Source: Phycisphaerae bacterium
GTDB taxonomy: Bacteria > Planctomycetota > Phycisphaerae > UBA1845
Direction of reading: 5' to 3'
Length of the DNA stretch: 64,000 nt
NCBI GenBank assembly: GCA_963666835.2
Contig: CAXXGO010000001.1
Location: 1,696,001-1,760,000 of the forward strand
Positions 17,482 through 29,000 of the stretch are shown piece after piece. Position 1 is the first letter of the stretch. Every line of letters begins with the position of its first letter. The translations under genes were made by a program, and so were the position numbers. Below the pieces are notes generated by a model that was not told the origin of the DNA, searched no databases, and saw only the letters and a list, made by a program, of their open reading frames with translations.

Positions 17482-19323
17482 ATGACGAGAAGGCTCCTCC
17501 ATGTCCTACTGATACTGTCGGCATTGGCAGTGCTGTCGGGGTGTCAGACCACGGCGGTAGAGCAGACCGATCGTGGGGTGTACGGGCTAATCGCCGAGCG
17601 CCAACGCGAAGCTCTGGGAACGACCACCGACGTTCGTCTGGGCGAAGAAGACGGCGAATCCTCAACCACAGAGGCAATGTACGACTCCACTCCCAGCCCG
17701 CTTGAGGCGGACTTGCCGGAGTCGTTTCAGGCGGCGCGTGAATCGGACCCGGACTCCGACGAGAGCGGCGACAGCCCCGATGTAGAGCCGGCCGGTGAGA
17801 ACGAGGAGACCGACTCGGCCAGCATCTTCTCGCCCGAAGAGAAGAGCCGCGTGCGAGTGCTCGGTCTGCGCGACGCCTTAGCGTATGCGATTCGTCACGG
17901 TCGGCAATTGCAGGACTCCAAGGAAGATCTCTACCTGGCCGCTCTCGATCTTACCCTCGAGCGGCATCTCTGGACGCCTCAGCTTGTTGCTTCGATCGAC
18001 GCCGATGCCGAATTCAGCGATGCGGGGGATCTGCACGACTACTCGCGGGCGATCACGGCCGTAGCCCAGGTCAGCGCCACCCAGCGGCTGCCCTATGGTG
18101 GGGAGGTGACGGCGCGCGTCATCAGCACGTTGGTCCGCGACTTGGAGGAACATGTTACATCGGCGGAGACCGGCCAGGTGATTCTGGAGGCCCAGATCCC
18201 GCTGCTGCGTGGGGCGGGACGATCCGCATACGAGTCCCGCTATTCCGCCGAGCGCGAGATGATCTACGCGATCCGTACATACGAACGGTCTCGCCGTTCC
18301 TTTATGGTGGACGTCGCTGCGGAGTACTTCAACCTGCAGCAAACCAGGGCGGGCATCACCAATGCGTTCAAGAGCTTCGAAAGCCGTAGGCGCGATTGGC
18401 AGAAGGCGGATTTCATTAACAAGATGGGCCGCAGTGACAATGTTTTCGAGGCTCTACGTGCCCGAGCGAGCTTTCGTGACGCGGAATCGGCTCTGATCAG
18501 TGCCAAGGAGCAATACGAATCCGCCTTGGACCAGTTCAAGATCTTCATCGGCATGCCGGTGGATGAGCTGGTGGATGTCGTGGACCAGGAAGAGGATGAG
18601 GATGCCCAGGGGTTGGATCGCCTTCTTCCCGCTGTCGACTCTGCGGAGGCTACGGAGGTCGCTCTGCGTTATCGTCTCGACCTGCTTAATGTCCTGGATC
18701 GGGTTGATGACTCGCGGCGGGCGGTGGCGCTTGCCAAGAACCAGCTTATGCCGGATCTCGGCGTTACCGCCGGGGCTACGTTCGGCACGGACCCGGATCG
18801 ACTCGATACGCTGAGCTACAACCCGGAGCGGGCGACGTACAACGCGGCGATATCTCTGCGAATGGATGATCGCAAAGCGGAGCGAAACGCGTACCGCGCG
18901 GCCTTTATCGGTCTTCGCCGAGCCGAGCGGGATAGTGAGGAGGTCGCGGATCGAGTCCGCGCTGACGTGCGCAGCGCCCTGCGGCGGATATCCCAGCAGG
19001 CTATTCTCCGGGAAATCAACCGGCTTGGCGTGCAGGAGAACGAACTCCGTTATGCTGCCGCCAGCACCCAATACGATCTTGGCAAGTCGACGAACCAGGA
19101 TGTCGTCGATGCCGACGAGAGCCTGTTGCGCGCCCGCAATCGATTATCCGGGGCGGTGGCCGGCTACCGAGCCGCCATTCTGGAGTTCCGACTCGATACC
19201 GGGACGCTGCAGGTGGAAGACGACGGCAGTTGGACGGAAGGAAAAAGGGGTCGGGAGTCTTTTCGCAGCACGCATCCGCCTCGTACAGACATCACAGACC
19301 AACACGAGAACAGAGGAGAATAG
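17482..19323 (+). CDS. TolC-family outer membrane lipoprotein
   Basis: LSGC lipobox; QIPLLRGAG, NQLMPDL, YDLGKSTNQDVVDA and the helical repeats typical of outer membrane efflux proteins. Confidence 0.8.
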   Translation: MTRRLLHVLLILSALAVLSGCQTTAVEQTDRGVYGLIAERQREALGTTTDVRLGEEDGESSTTEAMYDSTPSPLEADLPESFQAARESDPDSDESGDSPDVEPAGENEETDSASIFSPEEKSRVRVLGLRDALAYAIRHGRQLQDSKEDLYLAALDLTLERHLWTPQLVASIDADAEFSDAGDLHDYSRAITAVAQVSATQRLPYGGEVTARVISTLVRDLEEHVTSAETGQVILEAQIPLLRGAGRSAYESRYSAEREMIYAIRTYERSRRSFMVDVAAEYFNLQQTRAGITNAFKSFESRRRDWQKADFINKMGRSDNVFEALRARASFRDAESALISAKEQYESALDQFKIFIGMPVDELVDVVDQEEDEDAQGLDRLLPAVDSAEATEVALRYRLDLLNVLDRVDDSRRAVALAKNQLMPDLGVTAGATFGTDPDRLDTLSYNPERATYNAAISLRMDDRKAERNAYRAAFIGLRRAERDSEEVADRVRADVRSALRRISQQAILREINRLGVQENELRYAAASTQYDLGKSTNQDVVDADESLLRARNRLSGAVAGYRAAILEFRLDTGTLQVEDDGSWTEGKRGRESFRSTHPPRTDITDQHENRGE

Positions 19324-19343
19324 GAGAGAAAAGACTCCCGACC
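19241..19343. repeat. REP-like palindrome whose right arm is split by IS4
   Basis: GAAAAAGGGGTCGGGAGTCTTTTC ... GAAAAGACTCCCGACC, completed by CCTTTTTTC after the IS. Confidence 0.75.
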
Positions 19344-20822
19344 CAATAGTGTTCGGCACTCAGATTGCGTATGGCGATGGATGCCGCAGAGGAGGGGCGC
19401 GGCCTTGTTTCGGTAGTGGGCGTCTTTTGGAGGAGCGTACCGAGAGAAATCCGCGCATGCGCAGCGGCCGGTTCCGTGCGGGCGCCACGACGCGGCTATG
19501 CTTGTGGTTTCAGTTTTTCGATGTGGGCGAGCAACTCCTCATCGTCCGCCAGGCCGCTCATGTGGAAGCAGAGCATTTCGTACGTGCGAAGAGTCGGCTT
19601 TCGCCCCGTCCATAGCGCGATCAACAAGCATGCGATGATCGCGACATAAGTCTGTATCTCGATTCCATTCTCGCAGTGGCTCAACAGATGTCGACAGCCC
19701 AGTATGTGCTTGAAAAAACGAAAAAACGTCTCGACTGCCCAGCGGTTCTTGTAGATCAGAGCGATGACTTCCGGCTCGACGTCCATGATGTCGGTAGCCA
19801 CCAGAAGCACTTCGCCCTGTTCGGGGCCGCCTCGCCCGTTCTTGTGGGTGTGCCGGTGGGGGTTGCACACGATCTTGACCAGACGCAGGGGCTGATTCAG
19901 CCCAGCTCTGGCGGCCTGGCCGCCAGTGAATCGAACAGTTAGATCGCTTTGAACTTCGCCGGCCTTGGCCACGTGGTCCGCTGAGGACGGGGTCCTGTCC
20001 TCAAGAACCTCGTACACGCTGTTGTCACGGACGCGGCACACGAAAGAGGACTTCACCTTAAGAATGTCGGCGAACAGCTCGAACTTGGCGTACCCTCGAT
20101 CCATCACGTACACCCGATCGGGCAGTAGGCTTCTTTGGAGCGCAGCCCGTTCGTTGCCATCGCCGTCCGTGAGGTCCATGCGGGTTGGCACCCCCTTGAG
20201 CAACTCGAAGTGCGTGTGCAGTTTGAGGCCATGCGCACCCTTCACATCGCTCCACATCGCTTGCACGAGCTTGGGAAGGGCGGATAACACAGTTCCGTCG
20301 ATCAGCGTGATAATGCCACGGATGTCCTTGAATTCCCGGTTACCCGCAAGGGCCGGCAGTTCGTCGACCACCTCTTGGATGATGCCGCGAAGCAGGTCGG
20401 CGTCAAACACGCGAGCCGCTTCGGAGAGTGAACCGAGTGAGGCTCTCGAGCACCCGAGATTCTTTTGAACTTTCTTGAGTTCGCTGGTCTGCTGGATCCC
20501 GCGCAGGCTCGTCACGATCGGGTTGAAGAAATACAGCAGGATGAGTGCGGCGTACTGGTCGTAGTGCAAATCGCGGTTGCCGGCCCGATCCCGTTCACAC
20601 GCCGTATCGTGCAGCCGCTCCAGAATCCTGTTGAGGAACTTGAAGTGCTTGAAGCCCCTCAAGTCAGGCTCCTCGATCTTCTTCTTGCGCCTTCCCGCCA
20701 TGGACCCGATTATGCGCGACCGGCGGCGCGAGCGCAAGCAAAGCCTGGCGCGAATTTGTCGTGCCGAAGCGGGGCTTGACGGTATCGTCAATCAAACGCA
20801 ATCTGAGTGCCGAACACTATTG
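19344..20822 (-). mobile_element. IS4-family insertion sequence, 1479 bp
   Basis: Perfect 27-bp terminal inverted repeats CAATAGTGTTCGGCACTCAGATTGCGT; 9-bp target duplication CTCCCGACC at 19335-19343 and 20823-20831. Confidence 0.93.
19496..20701 (-). CDS. IS4-family DDE transposase
   Basis: LIDGT, VMDRGY and YKNRWAVETFFRFFK (YREK signature). Confidence 0.93.
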   Translation of the reverse strand: MAGRRKKKIEEPDLRGFKHFKFLNRILERLHDTACERDRAGNRDLHYDQYAALILLYFFNPIVTSLRGIQQTSELKKVQKNLGCSRASLGSLSEAARVFDADLLRGIIQEVVDELPALAGNREFKDIRGIITLIDGTVLSALPKLVQAMWSDVKGAHGLKLHTHFELLKGVPTRMDLTDGDGNERAALQRSLLPDRVYVMDRGYAKFELFADILKVKSSFVCRVRDNSVYEVLEDRTPSSADHVAKAGEVQSDLTVRFTGGQAARAGLNQPLRLVKIVCNPHRHTHKNGRGGPEQGEVLLVATDIMDVEPEVIALIYKNRWAVETFFRFFKHILGCRHLLSHCENGIEIQTYVAIIACLLIALWTGRKPTLRTYEMLCFHMSGLADDEELLAHIEKLKPQA

Positions 20823-20842
20823 CTCCCGACCCCTTTTTTCCC

Positions 20843-23800
20843 TCAGGACGACGGTTTCAGAATGGCACCGGTGCGCGTGCGCCCGTCCACGCGGATGTCC
20901 AACGGCTCGCTCAGCCGAATGTGGCGCACGAATCTCGACTCGGAGGCGGATTCCTGTCGCGCCAGCCAGTCCCAGTCGATCGCCCCCTTATCCACACTCG
21001 GGTCCACCGTGAAATACCCGATTCCCAGGGACGTGAGGTTCTGGAAGAAGTGCGTCCCCTGAGAGGGGGTAATGACGAAACCGTCCAGCGTGGTCTCGAC
21101 CAGCACCTGCACGGACGATATCTGGTCCCAGGCGACCGGGATGCCGAGCCAGCGGTCGGAAGTGCCCCAGCGGCCGGAGCCGATCATGACGCACTTACGC
21201 TTTTCCCGGAGGAGCTTGTCGTTAATGAGCCCGAACTCTGCGGCGATCTCCCGCGTGAAGGCCGCGTCGAACTGGTCCGGTTTGACATAGACGATATCGC
21301 GGACCCCGCACATCCGCCCGTTGCCCAGGACCTGTGGACTGTAGCACACCGTATCGGCGGGGTCGAAGTTATCGAGGGCGACATCCTCGTATTCCTCGTG
21401 GGAGACGATGGGCCGAATCTGCAGAACGCCGAATTCCGCCGGATTGACCGTCATGTTCACCGCGAACTCGATCTCGACCGGGCAAGCCATCCCCTCGTGT
21501 CCGATCTCCAGCAGTCGGCGCAAAACGTCAGCTAAGGGGAACAGCCCGGACTTAAGCACGTGCGCGAAGGTAACCAGACGCGTGCCGGGCCGATTTAAAC
21601 CGTCGTAGACCGCGTCATTCTCCGCGGAGTAGACAGAGCCGATTGGAGCCAGTGTACCGTCTTCTTCGGCGACGCTGAGCGGATGTCGAAGCAGATTGGC
21701 TTCCGTGTCCATGCTGGGATATACCCCGGGGTGGCTTATGTCCAGAGCATAGAACTCCCGTTGCGAGTTGGCGAGCATGTCACCGATCGTCGGACATTGC
21801 GGCAACACGTTGGGTTGCGCCGGACAGAAGAGCAGACTCTGTCCGCCTTCAACAACTGTCTTACCCAGGCCGAGCGCGACCGAGGCGACCCCGTCGTCCG
21901 GGGTAGCGCTGCCGGCGGGATAGAAGTTGTACGAGCGGGCCACCCCCGAGAATGTCGGGTAGAAGCAGCCTCCGTGCTCGCTTCCCACGATCTGCTGCAG
22001 AATCACACCCATCTTCTCTTCCTCTGCATGCCGGCCGGTGGCTTGAAGGTACCGACGGGCGGAACGGAAGAACGTCGACGCATAGACCAGTTTGATGGCA
22101 TCGCAAAGCTGGTCCATTCGCACCCTTAGGTCCGGGTGGTTGTTGGGGACCATGTGCGTGGCGTAGATGCCGGCAAAGGGCCGGTCGTGCGAATCCTCCA
22201 GCAGGCTGCTGGATCGAATCGCCAGGGGATAGCGCACCAGGCGGAGGAAGGCCAGCAGGTCGTTGTAGATCATGCTGGGGACCTTGGCGTCGAGGAACCG
22301 CTTGGCTATTTCCTCATCCTCAAGGTCCTGTGAAATCGGTTCCCGCAGGCCATTCTCATCGAGGAATGCGTCGAAGACGTCGGTACCGACGGCCGCGCTG
22401 CTGGGTACCGTGATGACGGCGTCGTTGAACTCCCGGCGCAGACTGTGCCGCCTGATCAGCGCATTGATGAACGCCAGCCCGCGGGCCTTGCCGCCCATGG
22501 ACCCACCGCCAATCCTCGTGAACGCTATCGGCGTGTGCAGGCGCGCCGGGGAAAACTCGGTGATGACGCCCGCTTGGCTTCGCTCCCGGAATTCGGCTAG
22601 GGTCTGCAGAAGATACGTGCGCAGTTCATCGACGGTGGCGAAGTCCGTCACCCTGCGCGGACGAATTCTCGCCGCGAGGGCGAATTCGGTGCGGGCCATT
22701 AGCCAGTTACTGAAGTGGTTGTTCCGAGCGTGAAATAGGAGGCAATCATCGGGTATGGTCTTGATGGCCTCTTCGAAGGTCTGCAAATCGCGGGCTCGCC
22801 CCATTTCTTGCCGATCGGGAGTCAGGAAGATGAAGTCCCCGAACCCGAGACTGTTGAGCAGAAAACCGCGAAGTTCCTGGTGTAAGCGATGAGAGCCCTT
22901 GTTGAGAAACGACGCCTGCAGGTCTGCGGCGGCCCTGACGAAGCTCGTGTTGGACGATTGGAGAAGGACCGGCAAATGAGGCGAGTCCTGCCGGACGCTC
23001 TGCACAAACCGCAGCCCGGCCTCATCGTCCAGTTCGTTCTCTCGCGGGAACCGGACATCGGAGATGATCCCCAGTAGGTAATCGCCGTACTTCGAATACA
23101 GCTTCCAGGCTTCCTCGTAGTTCTCCGCCAAGAGGATCTTCGGGCGAGCCCGCATGCGTAATAACCGATGCATCGGGTTGATGCCCTCGGCAAGGAGCGA
23201 TTGCGTTAGTTTGACCACCTCCGCGTAGATCAGCGGCAGATAGGTCGAGTAGAACCGGACCGAATTCTCGACCAGCAGAATGACTCGAACATCGCCGACT
23301 TGGGTGTCATGCTCGACGTTGAGGGAGTCTTCTACGAACTTGATGATCGCCAGGAGGATCCGGGCGTCTCCGCTCCAGACGAAGGTCCGGTCGATGTTCT
23401 CGCAAGCTGACAGCTCCGGATGCCGCGCCAGCTCGCGCGGCTCGCCTGCCAGGACCACCACCGGCAAGTTGGGGCGAATCTGCTTTACGGCCGAGGCAAA
23501 GTCGGGCACGCTCCAATGCGAAAGGCGGGTCATCGTCAGCACGAGATCGACGGACTGGCTCTCAATGATCTCGAGAGCCTCTCTCCCTGTGGATACCCGG
23601 GATACCCGCGGGGCATACCCCAGGTTCATGACCAGATACTCGCTGGTGATCAGCTCGGTGAGCAGCCCCTCCTCTTCGAGAACGAAGGACTCGTAGAGGC
23701 TCGAGACCAGCAGCACTTTCTGCACCCGATTGGGCATCAGGTGATGGAACCCGCAGAAACGCAAGTCCGGGTCACGATGTTCGTAGTCGGGGTTGGTCAT
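20843..23800 (-). CDS. receiver-like domains fused to a PEP/pyruvate-dikinase-type nucleotide-binding domain
   Basis: N-terminal receiver-like segments; GGKARGLAF, IRSSSLLEDS, FAGIY, EIEFAV, GRWGT, SQGTHFFQNL. Confidence 0.85.
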   Translation of the reverse strand: MTNPDYEHRDPDLRFCGFHHLMPNRVQKVLLVSSLYESFVLEEEGLLTELITSEYLVMNLGYAPRVSRVSTGREALEIIESQSVDLVLTMTRLSHWSVPDFASAVKQIRPNLPVVVLAGEPRELARHPELSACENIDRTFVWSGDARILLAIIKFVEDSLNVEHDTQVGDVRVILLVENSVRFYSTYLPLIYAEVVKLTQSLLAEGINPMHRLLRMRARPKILLAENYEEAWKLYSKYGDYLLGIISDVRFPRENELDDEAGLRFVQSVRQDSPHLPVLLQSSNTSFVRAAADLQASFLNKGSHRLHQELRGFLLNSLGFGDFIFLTPDRQEMGRARDLQTFEEAIKTIPDDCLLFHARNNHFSNWLMARTEFALAARIRPRRVTDFATVDELRTYLLQTLAEFRERSQAGVITEFSPARLHTPIAFTRIGGGSMGGKARGLAFINALIRRHSLRREFNDAVITVPSSAAVGTDVFDAFLDENGLREPISQDLEDEEIAKRFLDAKVPSMIYNDLLAFLRLVRYPLAIRSSSLLEDSHDRPFAGIYATHMVPNNHPDLRVRMDQLCDAIKLVYASTFFRSARRYLQATGRHAEEEKMGVILQQIVGSEHGGCFYPTFSGVARSYNFYPAGSATPDDGVASVALGLGKTVVEGGQSLLFCPAQPNVLPQCPTIGDMLANSQREFYALDISHPGVYPSMDTEANLLRHPLSVAEEDGTLAPIGSVYSAENDAVYDGLNRPGTRLVTFAHVLKSGLFPLADVLRRLLEIGHEGMACPVEIEFAVNMTVNPAEFGVLQIRPIVSHEEYEDVALDNFDPADTVCYSPQVLGNGRMCGVRDIVYVKPDQFDAAFTREIAAEFGLINDKLLREKRKCVMIGSGRWGTSDRWLGIPVAWDQISSVQVLVETTLDGFVITPSQGTHFFQNLTSLGIGYFTVDPSVDKGAIDWDWLARQESASESRFVRHIRLSEPLDIRVDGRTRTGAILKPSS

Positions 23801-23941
23801 CAAAGAGAGCCCTGCTCAGCTTATGAGTCCATAGAAGCCCTGTCCGCTCACGTAGGGCGGATACCTCGTTGATTCAATCGTCGGCCCGGGCGAGTGTCAA
23901 TCGCGGTCCGGGGTGTTCAGTGTAGATCACGCATAATAGAA

Positions 23942-23969
23942 GGGGCGAGGCGGTTGGCCGCCTCGCCCC
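23942..23969 (-). terminator. putative intrinsic terminator after gdhA
   Basis: GGGGCGAGGCGG-TTGG-CCGCCTCGCCCC hairpin followed by TTCTATT on the minus strand. Confidence 0.6.
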
Positions 23970-23998
23970 CGTGAATCTTCAAGTTCCTGCGTCGCCGA

Positions 23999-25387
<1,389 letters not shown>

Positions 25388-25683
25388 TCACACCCGATAC
25401 GCCGCGACCGCTGGCCGGTGTGATACGATACCCTGAATCTGTCCGCGACCTCTATCCGGATGCCGGACGCCCCGACGAGCCCGGGCCAGGTCAACATAAC
25501 TCGAAGCAAGTGGGGCATTTTACGGGGCATCCGCGGCAGTTTCCCGCACTCGAACAGGCCCGCAAGGCCTCACTGTCTTCCTTCCTTGACGTTAAATCCG
25601 GCGGATGGCCGCACGTGCCCACGGCGACACCCGCCCCGGCCTCGGCGGCGAAGGAAAACTCCGGCGCTTAAACCAATCTGAGG

Positions 25684-25698
25684 GCAAGAAGCGTGCCA
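25684..25698 (-). promoter_or_regulatory. sigma-54 (-24/-12) promoter facing gdhA
   Basis: The minus strand reads TGGCACGCTTCTTGC, matching TGGCAC-N5-TTGC. Confidence 0.7.
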
Positions 25699-26030
25699 GT
25701 GCTGCCAACCCTACCGAAGGGGCGTAGTCTCGCGGAATCAGGGCTCGACCGCAATATGCAATCCAGCCTAAACCGGTGAAAACTGCTCGTGGGCCATCGT
25801 CGCATCTGCCCGCCAACCGAAGGGACCAGGCAGAGCGGCTCTGCCATCGTCGGACCGCACCCACTGGTTCCGGCCTTGTTCTCGACGTCTTTCGGCGCCC
25901 GATGCCACCGTCGGCCTGGCTCGTCGAGGGCGGCCGCGGACAGCTCTCGGCTGATGTACTCCGCGGCCCAACGGGGGGCTGGGGCGGCGGCCCGCAAGGA
26001 GAAACCGCCACATGAACTCCGGCAAGAAGA

Positions 26031-26062
26031 GACAGGGGCGGACGTGGTTGCCCGCCCCTGTC
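26031..26062 (-). terminator. terminator-like hairpin after paralog 3
   Basis: GACAGGGGCGG ... CCGCCCCTGTC; a near-identical hairpin follows paralog 4. Confidence 0.6.
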
Positions 26063-26083
26063 GAAATGCCTCAGGAAACCACG

Positions 26084-29000
26084 TCAGTAACTGCACGGCG
26101 AAGCCGCAGTACCCGGGTTGTACGGGTAGGGATCGCCCCCGAACGCATTCACCAACAACAGAACGTCCGACATATTCACCAACTGGTTCGGGCCGTCATC
26201 ATGTACGTCCGCCCAGTGCTTCGGCGGAGCCGTCGCGGCATTACCGAACGCCTGCAGCGCGGCCATCAGGTCGTTCATGCTCATGTTGCCTTCCGGCGGC
26301 TGCCACGTACCAGTGAAGGCCCCGACGATGTCGCCGTGATTCTTCCCACCAGGCTTGGTAATCGTGCCGATAGTCAGCGGATCCGACCAAGTGTCGACAC
26401 CGTCACCGGCCCGCACCTCGAAGGTCGCGGCCGGGTGGATCATGCAGTTGAAGATATGCAGATCCTCTTCGGGCCAAACTTGTACCAGCGGTTCCGAAAT
26501 CAGCGGGTGGTAGCCCTTGGCCGTCACGGGACCGACATACTTGGTCTCGCCGGCCGAAGCCGGAAAGTACAGGCTGGACGATACGGTTACCTGCAGCGCA
26601 ACCGCGGTACCGACGTTCGCCGACCTGATCGAAATGTACCGGTTCTTCGGACCGTCCTCGGGGGAAGGCGCCGCAATCGGTGGCTCGTAGGTGACATCGC
26701 CATCGATGAAGCTGAACTCGACCTCACCCCAACCACGCGGGTTGCTCCGCCATTTGGAGCTCCACCAGCCGCCGATTCGGATGGTGTATTCCTGACCTTC
26801 TGTGACCTCCACCGTGGCTTCCGACGCTCCACCCCAATCGCATTCGTCGTCCCCACAGTTCATCTCGTCAGCCGTTGTCACCGGGCAGGTATCGGTGTCG
26901 TAGATAGCCAGCATACCATCCCAGAGGACTCCTTCAGAGACGGGGTTAACATCAGACGGGCACATCGAGACTTTCAGTACGCCATTGCCGGGTGCGGTGT
27001 ATCTGTACCAAACATCATGTCTGAGGTCGCCCCCCTTCCATCCACAGCCCGTCTTGTCCGGAACGCCGTGCCGACCAGCGCAGACGTTCTCGAAGTCCAG
27101 AACGCGATAGCCAACGCAGTACCCGATGTCATCGCCGTCATCCCGGCAATCAGCATGCGGGTCATTTGGATCAGCGTTGAGATCACACAGGTCACCGCTA
27201 TCGAGGCCTCCACGACATCGCCAGTACAATGGGGCCGTGTTGGTTGCGGCATTCTCGCAGTTGTCGTTGGCCGGCGCAACGTCCGGGCACTCGGCGGTCG
27301 CACAGGCGTTGCCCAAACGCCAGACGCCATCGAGGTCGTTAACGCACTCTGTCTGAGTCAAATCGGGTGTGCAACCCGGACAGGTACAGCAAGCTGCCAA
27401 AACGTCACCACAATCTCCCGTTCCCATAAGACCGGCGTCGATGCAGAATACGTAGTCGTTGGTGGAAACGTCCTCGGAGCCGTAATCCCCGGGGTCGAGG
27501 ATGTCCAGCATACTGTGGTCGTTCCCTTCTGAGCCGGTTGCCCAGTATGTGTGACATCCGCCGGATCCCTCACCGAGACCGGTGAGCTCCATCCAATAGC
27601 AGTCGCCCGCGGTGACAGGCACTGCAGTCGGCACATCGCCGAAGTAGTCCCACAGGCGGCTGGCGCCGCCATGCCTGGTAGTGACCACAATCGCCAGCGT
27701 CTGACCACCAGGCACGCCAATCTCGGCACCCGGAACACCAGCAGCGTCCTGGTAGAATCGCACGGTCCAGTCGTCCAGTGGCGGGTCGGTGGCGCATTCG
27801 AAGTACCCATCTGATCCGCTCCCACCATAGAAGCCAGCGGTCCAGTAGATAGTGCTGATTTGTGTGCCGTCCGGCCGGAAGTCGTCGGCGACACGGACAT
27901 CTACACTTCGGTCGGACAGGATGAGGTTGCCGTCCGGATCATCTTCCTTGCAGATGTTGCTCCTCCAATACGAGCGAACGCTGCACGGCTCGTGCTCGTC
28001 GCACTGCACATAACCGTGGTACACACCGCCGGCAGCCTCGCACTCGACCTCGGTATCGAAGGCCGCACCATCTTCGCAGGTACCCGCACCGGTGCAGCAC
28101 GCACCCGTAGCACACGGGCTCGCCTCACACGTTACAACCGTGCCGGTATCGAAGCTCAGGAAGTCACCGCCATCCTCTTCGCAGGTCAGCTTCGTGCGGA
28201 TCTCGCAAACATTGTTGCAGGCGCCGCCCGGGCAACCCGCATCGTCCTCACAGTACTCACCATCGTTCGTACCACCGACGCACAGGTTCAGGCAGCAAGC
28301 CGCCCGCGGGCATTCCTCGATCGTGACGTGACCGGTGTACGCACCGGCCGTGCTTACGCACGGAACGCCCGGCTGGCAATCATCGTCGTCCTGGCAATCT
28401 TCCGTCGTATCGTCGCAAACCATACCCGACGGGATCTGCCAACTGTAACGACCGGAGGGAACCATGAACTGACCGGTGAAGTTGTCATCCTGGCAGCAGT
28501 GGTCAACGCCGTCGACCTCTACGTCGCAGTCAGGACCCCAACCGGACTTCGTCGTGCCGTCCGGATTCTGATCCAGAGTGACCCAGCAGATACCACCCGG
28601 ACACGGGCAGCAGTCCTTCATGACGATGTAGACCGGGGTCTGAATCGGATCGGTGCAGCAGAAGTCGATCGTAACGATCGCACAGTCAAACTCTTCACCA
28701 TCATTGTTGACGATCACGAAGGCCTCGTACCAGCCGTCGTCGACCTCACCACCGAGGTTGCAGTCGTCGCCATCAACTTCCGTGACGTACGGATCGTGCC
28801 CACTGGCGTCACCCATGAAGGTGAACGAGTTGGGGGCAGCGCCGAACGCCGGAATATCAATCGTGTATTCCGTCGGACCGGGCACGCGGAGCTCGCAGGT
28901 CTCGCCCGCTTCGCAATCGTCACCGGCCGGATCGCACTGGACGTACGGATCGACCCAATCGGCTCCGTCGTGGCACTGCCAGATGTCGCAGGCCGCGTCC

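Noticed and set aside
17482..19323. TolC as a type I exporter of the Cys-rich proteins
   Set aside because: No ABC or adaptor gene is adjacent, and the proteins carry N-terminal signal peptides.
26084..26300. Secreted paralogs as exosortase substrates
   Set aside because: Their C-termini end in YPY...PCxY with no TM helix or basic tail.
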